A program made the position numbers and the translations under genes. Under the pieces are notes generated by a model. The model saw nothing but the letters and a program-made list of their open reading frames with translations, had not been told where the DNA came from and did no database searches. Shown here piece after piece: positions 1 to 8,796 of a stretch of DNA of 32,000 bases (positions are counted from its first letter, which is position 1; every line of letters starts with the position of its first letter). This DNA is from Flavobacterium alvei (GTDB lineage Bacteria > Bacteroidota > Bacteroidia > Flavobacteriales > Flavobacteriaceae): NCBI RefSeq assembly GCF_002920895.1, contig NZ_PQVG01000003.1, positions 259,879 to 291,878 of the forward strand, in the 5' to 3' direction.

Positions 1-177
1 TATACATTTAAATAAAAATTGCGTGCAAATATAATAATAATCAACACGAATCAATGCTGATTAGTCTAAATGTGCAACTAATTGAATAATTGAGTCAAAA
101 ACTAATGGAAATTATCGATTCTTTATATCAGAAACGATAAAAAGCGTGAAATTGTATAGCCTGTTCGCTAAAAACAA

Positions 178-1062
178 TTAATTTCTTCGGTCTTCACCCC
201 AAAAAAGTTTACTACGAAGGGTTTTAAAAAAGGTTTGGTCAGGAATTTCGACCATATTTATTTCGAAAGGTGATTTTTTTATGACTAAAATAGTTTCGTT
301 TTTTACCGAAATAATTCTAGAATCCAGAGACACCATATAGTGATCGTCTCTTCCTGAAACTTTTAGTCTAATTTCGGTTTCATCAGGAACAACCAGTGGT
401 CGAGCATTTAAGTTGTGAGGTGCTATAGGTGTCAAAACAAAGCTTTTTACATTTGGTGTCAAAATGGGGCCGCCACAACTCATAGAATAACCTGTTGTTC
501 CTGTTGGTGTGGCTATTATTAAACCATCTGCCCAATAAGAATTCAAATATTCTCCGTCCAAAGAGGCATCAATAGTAATCATTGATGTAGTTTCTTTTCG
601 GCTTACCGAAATCTCGTTCAAGGCAAAATTAATATCCTGAATCGCTTCATTGTCGGGAGAACAAGTCAAGCTCAGTAAAGTTCTTTTTGAAATAGAATAT
701 TTTTTATCAATGATAAACTGCATAAATTCAGCGATATTGTCTTTTTGAACGGTAGCTAAAAATCCCAATCGCCCAGCATTTATTCCTAAAATAGGAACAC
801 CCGAATCTCGAACTAAAGTTGCAGCTCTCAAAATAGTTCCGTCTCCACCAATGCTAATGAGCATATCAAAACTACTATTCAACTCCGTATAGGATTCGAA
901 AGTCGGATACTCTTTGTCGATGAGTTTTTTTTCGAATAATATGTTCAGGAAATTAGACTCAATGGACATCTCAACATTATTCTTAATCAAAAAAATGAAA
1001 ATGTCTTTGATGATGGGCTCGGTGCTATTTTGATAGTATTGACCGTAAATGGCTACTTTCAT
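178..1062 (-). CDS. nadK: NAD(+) kinase
   Basis: 294-aa ORF with an ATG start. It carries the NAD-kinase GGDGT motif (SIGGDGTILRAA) and the NxGRLGFL box (INAGRLGFLA). Confidence 0.9.
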   Translation of the reverse strand: MKVAIYGQYYQNSTEPIIKDIFIFLIKNNVEMSIESNFLNILFEKKLIDKEYPTFESYTELNSSFDMLISIGGDGTILRAATLVRDSGVPILGINAGRLGFLATVQKDNIAEFMQFIIDKKYSISKRTLLSLTCSPDNEAIQDINFALNEISVSRKETTSMITIDASLDGEYLNSYWADGLIIATPTGTTGYSMSCGGPILTPNVKSFVLTPIAPHNLNARPLVVPDETEIRLKVSGRDDHYMVSLDSRIISVKNETILVIKKSPFEINMVEIPDQTFFKTLRSKLFWGEDRRN

Positions 1063-1070
1063 GAAATTTT

Positions 1071-1104
1071 AGATTTTAGATTACAGATTTTAGATTACAG
1101 ATTT
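1071..1104. repeat. Tandem heptamer array AGATTTT/AGATTAC, about 5 units
   Basis: Read directly: agattttagattacagattttagattacagattt, in the nadK/CBS spacer. Confidence 0.8.
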
Positions 1105-1156
1105 AACATCAAACTGCTGTATTCTAATTTCTTTTTCCCCTTCAGAGGCTGGGTTT

Positions 1157-1816
1157 TTAAATATTAAGATATTTGTCCAAATAATCGGAGCGATCCTTTA
1201 ACGTATTGATATAATTATCTTCAAAATGTTCCGAAATAATTTCGTAGTTGTATCTTCTGAAAGATTGAATAATTTCGTTCATTATTCTTAAACTTATTTT
1301 AATGGTTACTTGTGTGTTTTCAAAATCAGATTGTGAAACAAATAACCCCAATATTTTACCATTATTGCTTTCAATGATTTGAGTGATTTCTCCAACCGAG
1401 TATCCTAAAGTCTTTTTTTGAACCACAATTATTCCGCCAGTTTCTTGTAAAAAAGGAGTTTCATGAAAAAATTTTATGATATCTCTAATTTCATAATACC
1501 CCAAATAGTTGTTATTGTCGTTCAAAACAGGAACTAAATCGGTGTTATTTTTAGCAAAAACTTCCAAAACGTCTAGCCAAATCATTTTTTCTCTGGCAAA
1601 AAAACCTTCGAGAGCATATCTGTAATCGTAAACTTTTTTGTGACTATCAAATGTTTCAATGTCCTCAGATGCGATGCTGCCAATATATATTCCTTCATTA
1701 ACCACAGGGAAATGTGAAAAAGTCAATTCTCCAAAAAAGTCTTGAACAGTTGCAATAGTTTCTTGACTGTCAATCGCTTTATAATCATTGGTGATATAGT
1801 TTGTAATCTCGGTCAT
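1157..1816 (-). CDS. CBS domain-containing protein
   Basis: 219-aa ORF with two CBS-like segments (HFPVVNEGIYIGSIASEDI and LVPVLNDNNNYLGYYEIRDII). The family call rests on pattern memory only. Confidence 0.6.
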   Translation of the reverse strand: MTEITNYITNDYKAIDSQETIATVQDFFGELTFSHFPVVNEGIYIGSIASEDIETFDSHKKVYDYRYALEGFFAREKMIWLDVLEVFAKNNTDLVPVLNDNNNYLGYYEIRDIIKFFHETPFLQETGGIIVVQKKTLGYSVGEITQIIESNNGKILGLFVSQSDFENTQVTIKISLRIMNEIIQSFRRYNYEIISEHFEDNYINTLKDRSDYLDKYLNI

Positions 1817-1881
1817 AAATTAATGCTAAATATTTAATGCAAAATAATCAAAAATATGTAATAACAGCTAGTTTTACTTTG

Positions 1882-1889
1882 TATTTTTG
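1882..1889 (+). promoter_or_regulatory. Bacteroidota -7 promoter box (TATTTTTG) for pdxJ
   Basis: Matches the TAnnTTTG consensus, 26 nt upstream of the pdxJ ATG. Confidence 0.4.
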
Positions 1890-1915
1890 CCCCTCAATAC
1901 CTGAAATTTATTCAA

Positions 1916-2629
1916 ATGACAAAATTAAGCGTAAATATTAACAAAATAGCAACTTTACGAAATGCTCGTGGCGGAAATGTTCCAGATTTACTAAAAGTAG
2001 CAACTGATATTCAAAAATTTGGAGGTCAGGGAATCACCATACATCCACGACCTGACGAAAGGCACATTCGCTATCAAGATGCTCGAGATTTAAAACCGAT
2101 AGTTTATACCGAATATAATATCGAAGGGAATCCTCAGCATAATTTTATTGACTTGGTTTTAGAATGTAAACCTGAGCAAGTGACTTTAGTTCCAGATGCT
2201 ATCGGTGCAATTACTTCTTCGGCTGGTTGGGATACAATAAAAAACGAATCCTATTTAACTGAAGTTATTCAAGAATTTCAACGCAATGGAATTCGAACTT
2301 CGATTTTTGTCGATCCAATTGCGGAAATGATCGAAGGTGCCAAAAAAACAGGAACCGATAGAATCGAATTGTACACCGAGGCTTTTGCGCATCAATATGG
2401 TTTAGGAAACAAAAATGGAATCGATCCCTACGTAAAATCGGCAGTTTTGGCTAATGAATTGGGATTAGGAATCAATGCTGGACACGATTTGAGTTTGGAT
2501 AATATCCAGTTTTTTCATCAAAATATTCCCGGATTACTTGAAGTCTCCATTGGTCACGCATTAATTGCCGAATCGCTGTATCTCGGATTAGAAAATGTAG
2601 TGAATATGTATTTGCATAAGCTAAAATAA
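1916..2629 (+). CDS. pdxJ: Pyridoxine 5'-phosphate synthase
   Basis: 237-aa ORF. The N-terminus [17 protein letters not shown] and the [13 protein letters not shown] motif are typical of PdxJ. Confidence 0.92.
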   Translation: MTKLSVNINKIATLRNARGGNVPDLLKVATDIQKFGGQGITIHPRPDERHIRYQDARDLKPIVYTEYNIEGNPQHNFIDLVLECKPEQVTLVPDAIGAITSSAGWDTIKNESYLTEVIQEFQRNGIRTSIFVDPIAEMIEGAKKTGTDRIELYTEAFAHQYGLGNKNGIDPYVKSAVLANELGLGINAGHDLSLDNIQFFHQNIPGLLEVSIGHALIAESLYLGLENVVNMYLHKLK

Positions 2630-2636
2630 ATTTTGC

Positions 2637-2682
2637 CACGAATTCACGAATTAAAATTTGTGATAATTTGTGAAATTTGTGG
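2637..2682. repeat. Short tandem word repeats: (CACGAATT)x2 followed by (AATTTGTGR)x3
   Basis: Read directly in the pdxJ/hydrolase spacer. The TTG that opens the ORF-track entry at 2677 lies inside this repeat. Confidence 0.8.
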
Positions 2683-2700
2683 TTGAAAAAACATCAAAAA

Positions 2701-3462
2701 ATGATTTATTCAAAAATAGAAGGAACAGGTAAACCACTCCTAATTATACACGGATTTCTTGGAATGTCCGACAATTGGAAAACTATAGGAACACAATTTG
2801 CAGCCGATGGATTTCAAGTGCATTTATTGGATTTACGCAATCACGGCAAGAGTTTTCATTCTGATGAATTCAATTATGAGATAATGGCTCAAGATGTTTT
2901 TGACTATTGCAATGCCAATAATCTAGAAAAAATAAGTATTCTTGGACATTCGATGGGAGGAAAAACTGCCATGCTTTTTGCAGCCAATCACCCCGAAATG
3001 GTCGAAAAATTAATAGTTGCCGATATTGGTCCCAAATTCTACCCGCAACATCATCAAATTATTTTTGAAGCCTTGAATGCGGTAGATTTTTCACTAAAAC
3101 CAAGTCGTGCCGAAGTCGAAGAAATTATGTCTCACTACATAACCGATTTTGGAACAAGACAATTTCTGTTAAAAAGTTTGTATTGGAAAGAGCCAGGGCA
3201 ATTGGCTTTTCGATTTAATTTGGCAGTTTTCAATCTAAACAGGGACGAAATTGGAAAACCACTTCCTGAGGATGCGGTTTTCAACAAACCAACACTTTTT
3301 ATTCGCGGCGGCAATTCGAATTATATTTTGGACGATGATTTTCCAAAAATCCAACAACATTTTCCAGATTCTAGAATAGAAACGATTCCAAATGTTGGGC
3401 ATTGGCTTCACGCCGAAAACCCCAAGATGTTTTACGAAATGACGAGTTTGTTTTTGAAATAA
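2701..3462 (+). CDS. Alpha/beta-fold hydrolase
   Basis: It has the GHSMGG nucleophile elbow, the LLIIHGFLG oxyanion region and a C-terminal catalytic His (NVGHWLH). I prefer the ATG at 2701 over the TTG at 2677. Confidence 0.85.
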   Translation: MIYSKIEGTGKPLLIIHGFLGMSDNWKTIGTQFAADGFQVHLLDLRNHGKSFHSDEFNYEIMAQDVFDYCNANNLEKISILGHSMGGKTAMLFAANHPEMVEKLIVADIGPKFYPQHHQIIFEALNAVDFSLKPSRAEVEEIMSHYITDFGTRQFLLKSLYWKEPGQLAFRFNLAVFNLNRDEIGKPLPEDAVFNKPTLFIRGGNSNYILDDDFPKIQQHFPDSRIETIPNVGHWLHAENPKMFYEMTSLFLK

Positions 3463-3470
3463 TTATTTTA

Positions 3471-3478
3471 TACATTTG
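3471..3478 (+). promoter_or_regulatory. -7 promoter box (TACATTTG)
   Basis: TAnnTTTG match 13 nt upstream of the ATG at 3492. Confidence 0.35.
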
Positions 3479-3491
3479 AAATAAAAAAATT

Positions 3492-3836
3492 ATGAAGCTA
3501 ATTCTTAGGATTTTTATCACAGCGGTTTTAGTGGTGCTTATTGCAGGAGCAATGACATCAGTAGATGTTGACAGTTTTACTACAGCTGTAATTGTTGCGG
3601 CCGTGTTGGGATTGCTTAATATTTTTATCAAACCTATTTTAGTAATTTTGTCATTGCCAGCTACAATACTAACATTTGGTTTGTTTTTATTTGTAATAAA
3701 TGGGGGTATAATAATGTTATGTTCAAGATTAGTTGACGGATTCAGGATAAATTCATTTTGGACGGCTATTATTTTTAGTATAATTCTTTCCATTTGTGAG
3801 TCTATTGTTTATAAAATTGTAGGCGAAGACAAATAA
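3492..3836 (+). CDS. Small 4-TM membrane protein, phage-holin-4/DUF360-like
   Basis: 114-aa ORF with four hydrophobic helices. The KPILVILSLPATILTFGLFLFVINGGIIML pattern resembles the holin superfamily IV / YvlD family, from memory. Confidence 0.6.
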   Translation: MKLILRIFITAVLVVLIAGAMTSVDVDSFTTAVIVAAVLGLLNIFIKPILVILSLPATILTFGLFLFVINGGIIMLCSRLVDGFRINSFWTAIIFSIILSICESIVYKIVGEDK

Positions 3837-3912
3837 ATCACAGTATATTTTGTTCCAAATAAGGGACTTAAATTCAATAGATTAAAAACTTGTTTGGGTT
3901 GTAAAATTTTTA

Positions 3913-3920
3913 TAATTTTG
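3913..3920 (+). promoter_or_regulatory. -7 promoter box (TAATTTTG) for tig
   Basis: TAnnTTTG match 34 nt upstream of the tig ATG. Confidence 0.4.
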
Positions 3921-3954
3921 CAACCCAATTTTATTATGTAAATTAACGAAGAAG

Positions 3955-5280
3955 ATGGATATTAAAAGAGTAGCATTAGACGCAGTAAACGAAACAATTG
4001 TAATGACAGTTGTTCATATGGATTACAAAGGTCAAGTAGCCAAAAGAATAAACGAAAAAATGCCTTTGGCACAAGTAAAAGGTTTTAGAAAAGGAGCCGT
4101 GCCTAAAGACCTTGTTGAAAAACAATACGGAAAAGCAATCAAACAAGAAGAAATTAAAAAAGTGGTTGATTTGGCTTTAGAGCGTTACATCCAGTCTGAA
4201 AGATTGAATCTTTTGGGAACTCCGCTTCCTAAAGTAAACGAAAACTTGGATTGGTCTGCCGAAGAATTAACTTTTGAATTCGAAATTGGTTTGGTTCCAT
4301 CTTTCGAAATTGATTTGGATGCTAAAAACGACATCATTAAATATGTGGTTACTGCCGACGATAAATTGATTGACGGTCAAGTGGCTCGTATCCAAAAACA
4401 ATTTGGAACTGCAATTCCTCAGGATGTTGTAACTGAAGGTGCTGATTTGAAAGGTATTTTTACCAACGAAGCGGAAGGAATTGGAAATGAAACTACGATT
4501 TCTTTGTCTGTTTTCAAAGACAAAGCGACTGCCGATAAATTCATTGGTAAAAAAGTAGGTGATGTTGTGACTGTAAACACAAGCGGTTTATTCGAAGACG
4601 ATCACCAATTGATGGATTACTTGAAAGTAGGCCACGATAATGTACACGGTTTGGCTATTGATGTTGATTTTACTATCGAAGCCATCACTATTTCTGAACC
4701 AGCTGAATTGAATCAAGAATTGTTCGACAAATTGTTTGGTGCTGGAAATGTGGCTTCATTGGAAGACTTGAAAGCAAAAATCAAGGAAGATGCTGAATCT
4801 CAATTTGCTGCTCAAGCAGATCAAAAATTATTAGGAGATGTAACCGAGTTTTTAATCGAAAACACAAAATTCGATTTGCCGGCTGAATTCCTTAAAAAAT
4901 GGTTGCAAACCGTTGGTGAGAAAAAATTATCTCCAGAAGAAGCTGAAGTGGAATATGCACGTTCTGAAAAAGGATTGCGTTTTCAATTAATAGAAGGAAA
5001 AGCATTGGCGCAAAGCGACATCAAAATTACTTTCGAAGATTTGAAAACTTTTACAGCTAAAAATATCCGTCAGCAAATGGCACAATTCGGGCAAACGAAT
5101 CCAACCGACGAAGAAGTTCAAGGAATCGTGGCGAGAGTTTTGTCTAACCAAGAAGAAGTGAAAAGACTTTCAGACCAAGTGGTTGCAGAGAAATTGTTGG
5201 AAATTTTCAAAGAAAAAGCCAATCCAACAACCAAAGAAGTAACTTACGAAGAATTTATTGCTGCGTCTTACGGAGAATAA
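3955..5280 (+). CDS. tig: Trigger factor
   Basis: 441-aa ORF with the ribosome-binding signature GFRKGAVP near the N-terminus. It sits immediately upstream of clpP-clpX, the classic tig-clpP-clpX synteny. Confidence 0.88.
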   Translation: MDIKRVALDAVNETIVMTVVHMDYKGQVAKRINEKMPLAQVKGFRKGAVPKDLVEKQYGKAIKQEEIKKVVDLALERYIQSERLNLLGTPLPKVNENLDWSAEELTFEFEIGLVPSFEIDLDAKNDIIKYVVTADDKLIDGQVARIQKQFGTAIPQDVVTEGADLKGIFTNEAEGIGNETTISLSVFKDKATADKFIGKKVGDVVTVNTSGLFEDDHQLMDYLKVGHDNVHGLAIDVDFTIEAITISEPAELNQELFDKLFGAGNVASLEDLKAKIKEDAESQFAAQADQKLLGDVTEFLIENTKFDLPAEFLKKWLQTVGEKKLSPEEAEVEYARSEKGLRFQLIEGKALAQSDIKITFEDLKTFTAKNIRQQMAQFGQTNPTDEEVQGIVARVLSNQEEVKRLSDQVVAEKLLEIFKEKANPTTKEVTYEEFIAASYGE

Positions 5281-5327
5281 ATTAAAGTTAGAGGTAAGAA
5301 ATTAGAAGTTAGAAGTCGAAAGTTAAT
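5281..5327. repeat. TTAGAGGT/TTAGAAGT word repeats after the tig stop codon
   Basis: Read directly: attaaagttagaggtaagaaattagaagttagaagtcgaaagt. The first 15 nt are identical to the sequence that follows the clpP stop. Confidence 0.75.
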
Positions 5328-5401
5328 TGGATTCAATCCAAAAATTCAAATAACTTTATGATTTTTTTACAAAGCCTAAACCATAAAAAATAGTTATATT
5401 T

Positions 5402-5437
5402 GAGCGTCAAAAATATTTTTTTGGCGCTCTTTTGTTT
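5402..5437 (+). terminator. Rho-independent terminator of tig
   Basis: 12-bp stem (gagcgtcaaaaa / tttttggcgctc, one G-U pair), a 4-nt loop, then ttttgttt. Confidence 0.65.
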
Positions 5438-5460
5438 GAATCGTTTAGGGTTAAATAATT

Positions 5461-5508
5461 ATAAACCATTAAACAATTTTAAACTTTTAAACCTTTAAAC
5501 TTTTAAAA
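5461..5508. repeat. TTTAAAC-type word repeats directly upstream of the clpP ATG
   Basis: Read directly: ataaaccattaaacaattttaaacttttaaacctttaaacttttaaaa. It shares a 16-mer with the block at 27462-27477. Confidence 0.8.
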
Positions 5509-6180
5509 ATGAACTACGGTAAAGAATTTAAAAAATTTGCAACAAAACACCAAGGTGTAAACGCAATGTACTACGACAAAATCGTGGCAGCAATGACTCC
5601 AACGAACATGACTCCTTATATTATTGAAGAGCGTCAGTTGAATATTTCTCAATTGGACGTTTTTTCAAGATTGATGATGGATCGAATTATTTTCTTGGGA
5701 ACAGGAATCGATGATCAAATCGCCAACATCGTTCAAGCGCAGTTATTGTTTTTGGAAAGTGCCGATGCTTCAAAAGATATCCAAATTTACTTGAATTCCC
5801 CAGGAGGAAGCGTGTATGCAGGATTGGGAATTTATGACACAATGCAATACATCAAACCTGACGTAGCAACAATTTGCACCGGAATGGCAGCTTCTATGGG
5901 AGCCGTTCTTTTGTGTGCCGGAGCAGCGGGAAAACGTTCGGCTTTGCCGCATTCAAGAGTAATGATTCACCAACCATCGGGTGGAGCACAAGGAGTGGCA
6001 TCGGATATGGAAATCAACTTGCGCGAAATGTTGAAACTGAAAGACGAATTGTATAAAATTATTTCGCATCATTCAGGCAAGCCTTTTGACAAAGTATATG
6101 CCGATAGCGAGCGCGATTATTGGATGATTGCCGATGAAGCCAAAGAATACGGAATGATTGATGAAGTGTTAAGAAGATAA
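5509..6180 (+). CDS. clpP: ATP-dependent Clp protease proteolytic subunit
   Basis: 223-aa ORF with the catalytic Ser context GMAASMGA and the His context RVMIHQPSGG. It is followed by clpX. Confidence 0.95.
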   Translation: MNYGKEFKKFATKHQGVNAMYYDKIVAAMTPTNMTPYIIEERQLNISQLDVFSRLMMDRIIFLGTGIDDQIANIVQAQLLFLESADASKDIQIYLNSPGGSVYAGLGIYDTMQYIKPDVATICTGMAASMGAVLLCAGAAGKRSALPHSRVMIHQPSGGAQGVASDMEINLREMLKLKDELYKIISHHSGKPFDKVYADSERDYWMIADEAKEYGMIDEVLRR

Positions 6181-6186
6181 ATTAAA

Positions 6187-6242
6187 GTTAGAGGTTAGAA
6201 GTTAGAGGTACGATTGCGGACTTCTAACTTCTAATCTCTGAC
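6187..6242 (+). promoter_or_regulatory. Long stem-loop in the clpP-clpX spacer (23-bp stem, 10-nt loop), no U-tract
   Basis: By hand pairing, 6187-6209 pairs with 6220-6242: 20 Watson-Crick pairs plus 3 G-U pairs. The G-U pairs exist only in the plus-sense RNA. The stem ends 15 nt before the clpX ATG. Confidence 0.6.
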
Positions 6243-6257
6243 CTCCAACCTCAAAAG

Positions 6258-7490
6258 ATGGCAAAACCAAAATTAGAATGTTCATTCTGTGGAAGAAAAA
6301 AACCGGAAACCAATTTATTGATTGCCGGAATCGATGCGCACATTTGTGATAAATGTATCGAACAAGCCCACGGAATTGTAGTAGAAGAATTAAAATCAAG
6401 TAGCAAAAATCATTTGCCTACGGACTTGGTTTTAAGAAAACCAAAAGAAATCAGGGCTTTTCTGGATCAATATGTTATTGGTCAAGATCAAACCAAAAAA
6501 GTAATGGCGGTGGCGGTTTACAATCACTACAAACGTTTGATGCAACAAGAATTGCACGACGAAGTGGAGATTGAAAAAAGTAATATCATAATGGTGGGCC
6601 AAACCGGAACAGGGAAAACATTGGTGGCCAAAACCATTGCCAAAATGCTCGATGTTCCCTTGGCAATTGTTGATGCGACCGTATTGACGGAAGCTGGTTA
6701 TGTGGGAGAAGATGTCGAAAGTATTTTGACACGACTTTTGCAAGCCGCCGATTATGACGTGACCAAAGCCGAAAGAGGCATCGTTTTCATTGACGAAATT
6801 GACAAGATTGCCCGCAAAAGCGACAATCCATCCATCACTCGAGATGTTTCGGGCGAAGGCGTGCAACAAGCTTTGTTGAAATTATTAGAAGGAACGGTTG
6901 TCAATGTGCCACCAAAAGGAGGACGTAAACACCCAGACCAAAAATTTGTTGAGGTGAATACTCAAAATATTTTGTTTATTGCTGGTGGTGCTTTTGATGG
7001 TGTGGAAAGAATTATTTCCAAAAGACTAAACCGTCAAGCTGTTGGTTATTCAACTTCCAAAAATGTGGACAATATCGACAAAGATAATTTGTTGCAATAC
7101 ATCATCCCGAAAGACATCAAGGACTTTGGATTAATTCCTGAAATCATTGGTCGTTTGCCGGTGTTGACGCATATGGATCCTTTGGATAGGGAAACCTTGA
7201 GAGCGATTTTGACACAACCCAAAAATGCGTTAATCAAACAATATCAAAAGTTATTTTTGATGGATGAGGTGGAATTCAGCATCACGGACGAAGCTTTGGA
7301 TTTTATTGTGGACAAAGCTTTGGAGTACAAACTCGGAGCCCGTGGATTGCGTTCGTTGTGCGAAGCCATCCTGACCGATGCGATGTATGAATTGCCAAGT
7401 TCTGATGATAAAACATTGGAAATCGACGTGGATTACGCCAAAGAAACTTTGAATAGAAATTTATTGAAACGATTGGAAATCGCTTCGTAA
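6258..7490 (+). CDS. clpX: ATP-dependent Clp protease ATP-binding subunit ClpX
   Basis: 410-aa ORF with an N-terminal C4 zinc ribbon (CSFCGR...CDKC), Walker A (GQTGTGKT) and Walker B (IVFIDEIDK). Confidence 0.95.
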   Translation: MAKPKLECSFCGRKKPETNLLIAGIDAHICDKCIEQAHGIVVEELKSSSKNHLPTDLVLRKPKEIRAFLDQYVIGQDQTKKVMAVAVYNHYKRLMQQELHDEVEIEKSNIIMVGQTGTGKTLVAKTIAKMLDVPLAIVDATVLTEAGYVGEDVESILTRLLQAADYDVTKAERGIVFIDEIDKIARKSDNPSITRDVSGEGVQQALLKLLEGTVVNVPPKGGRKHPDQKFVEVNTQNILFIAGGAFDGVERIISKRLNRQAVGYSTSKNVDNIDKDNLLQYIIPKDIKDFGLIPEIIGRLPVLTHMDPLDRETLRAILTQPKNALIKQYQKLFLMDEVEFSITDEALDFIVDKALEYKLGARGLRSLCEAILTDAMYELPSSDDKTLEIDVDYAKETLNRNLLKRLEIAS

Positions 7491-7520
7491 CTCAATTTCA
7501 AGCTCAATAAAAAGTAAAAT

Positions 7521-7553
7521 AAAGCTCAAAAACGTATGTTTTTGAGCTTTATT
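7521..7553. terminator. Bidirectional terminator between the convergent clpX and island genes
   Basis: 13-bp perfect stem (aaagctcaaaaac / gtttttgagcttt) with a 4-nt loop. Both arms are A/T-rich. Confidence 0.65.
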
Positions 7554-7577
7554 CGTTAATGATGGGAGCTTGATAAA

Positions 7578-8702
7578 TTAAAATCTATTCTTAATAATAT
7601 AAAAAGGAATTTCGATTCCAATTTTTGCCAAAGCTTCTCTTTGTTTTAGATGGTAATTTAAATTGGATAAATCATCTTCAAAGCTATCGTCATTATATTT
7701 TTCCCTATATTCATTATCGTTATAAACGCAATATTTTTTGAGCAACTCCTCGTTTTTGGGGCTGTAGTTATTATAAAAATGATAGGCTTCCATACATTCT
7801 TGTCCGTGAAATAGAATTATGGATTTATTATCAAAATTAAAATTTACGAATCCTTTATCAATATTGGTGCTGTATTTAAAATCATAGGGAGTTTGGTCAA
7901 AAATGGGGTAATACTTTACAATCCAATCAATATAATGTTGCTCTGTTTGGAATGTTTTATATTGTACATTAGCCAGTTGGATGAGCTTTAAGTTTGTATT
8001 GAAATAGTCTTTTCTTCTTTTTAAATTGTAATATAAATGAGTAAAAGGAGTCCATTTCATTGTGGGTTCAAAAAAATCATACTCGCCAATTCGTTCAGAC
8101 AAAACAGCATATTTATCAACCCAATAACATAATTGTTCAAAGTCTAACAACTGTGGAGGATTAGTGCATATTTCAGCAAAGGCTTTCTCGGCAGCATTTA
8201 CTTTATATAGATATTCAGGTGTTTTTACAAAAGAGGTAAGTTCATCCTCATCAAACTCCAGACTAGCCTTGCACTCCAGGTATTCAATAGTTTCGGTAGT
8301 CGCGAAACGGGAACAATCATAAATATTGCTGATGTTTTCATCTACCAATTCAAAAATAAAATCAAAATAATTATGAGAATGATTGCCCACAAACCGATAT
8401 CCTGTTTTTCCACAATTATCGCAGTGGCTAATCTCGGCACCACATTTTCCTTGATACGCTATATAATAGTCATCACCTATTTTTTTATGCGCTAGGTATA
8501 ATTCTTCTAACTTCTCCAAAAAAACTTCCTTGGTGGCATCTTGATAGGTTTTAGCATCATCCAAAAGGACTTCCAAAGCCGCAATATTCATTTCGGTAAA
8601 GGCTTTTATTATATGTTCCGCCTTTGTTGGTTCTTGTGCAGCATCGCCCTGATTGTCTAATGCAGCGAGTTGTTCGAGTAGTTTTTGTTTTTCAGGAGTC
8701 AT
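7578..8702 (-). CDS. Hypothetical protein, island paralog B: shared Cys-rich module at the N-terminus plus a unique C-terminal extension of about 220 aa
   Basis: 374-aa ORF with an ATG start. Residues 1-150 align by eye with residues 113-271 of the ORF at 8797-9612 (EKQKLxEQL, IxKAxxEM, GxC...C...GYxFxGN, IFE, C..F, DEEL). Confidence 0.75.
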   Translation of the reverse strand: MTPEKQKLLEQLAALDNQGDAAQEPTKAEHIIKAFTEMNIAALEVLLDDAKTYQDATKEVFLEKLEELYLAHKKIGDDYYIAYQGKCGAEISHCDNCGKTGYRFVGNHSHNYFDFIFELVDENISNIYDCSRFATTETIEYLECKASLEFDEDELTSFVKTPEYLYKVNAAEKAFAEICTNPPQLLDFEQLCYWVDKYAVLSERIGEYDFFEPTMKWTPFTHLYYNLKRRKDYFNTNLKLIQLANVQYKTFQTEQHYIDWIVKYYPIFDQTPYDFKYSTNIDKGFVNFNFDNKSIILFHGQECMEAYHFYNNYSPKNEELLKKYCVYNDNEYREKYNDDSFEDDLSNLNYHLKQREALAKIGIEIPFYIIKNRF

Positions 8703-8714
8703 AATGGTTTTGTT

Positions 8715-8782
8715 TTATTTCCAACCCAAAGTTTTAATTATTTGGTTTCGGTAGGTGGTGGCCATTTGTTTTGGGGTGTTGC
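8715..8782 (-). pseudogene. 3'-terminal relic (about 21 codons plus stop) of a second ChaC/GGCT-like gene
   Basis: By hand alignment, 8721-8782 matches 9634-9695 (the 3' end of the intact 188-aa gene) at 55 of 62 positions. The relic translates as NTPKQMATTYRNQIIKTLGWK*, against NTPKQIATTYRKQIIEVLGWD* in the intact gene. No upstream coding part remains. Confidence 0.8.
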
Positions 8783-8796
8783 TGTTTTTTTCTAAA

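Noticed and set aside
2677-2700. N-terminal extensions in the ORF track that begin at TTG codons (2677, 10956, 16211, 19452, 20001, 26876, 30500, 30508)
   Set aside because: In each case an in-frame ATG lies shortly downstream. That ATG gives a family-typical N-terminus or signal peptide, and it is often preceded by a TAnnTTTG box that would fall inside the extended ORF. I kept TTG only for arfB (23455), where no ATG alternative exists.
3371-3793. 140-aa minus-strand ORF overlapping the hydrolase 3' end and the holin-like gene
   Set aside because: It is fully antisense to two better-supported genes. The sequence is Ile/Asn/Thr-rich low complexity, as expected from reading an AT-rich membrane-protein gene backwards. 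I treat it as a shadow ORF.
5770-7237. Short ORFs inside clpP (5770-5952 -, 5874-6056 +) and clpX (6202-6399 -, 6432-6869 -, 7046-7237 -)
   Set aside because: They are embedded in or antisense to highly confident conserved genes, and no motif was recognised. I treat them as shadow ORFs.
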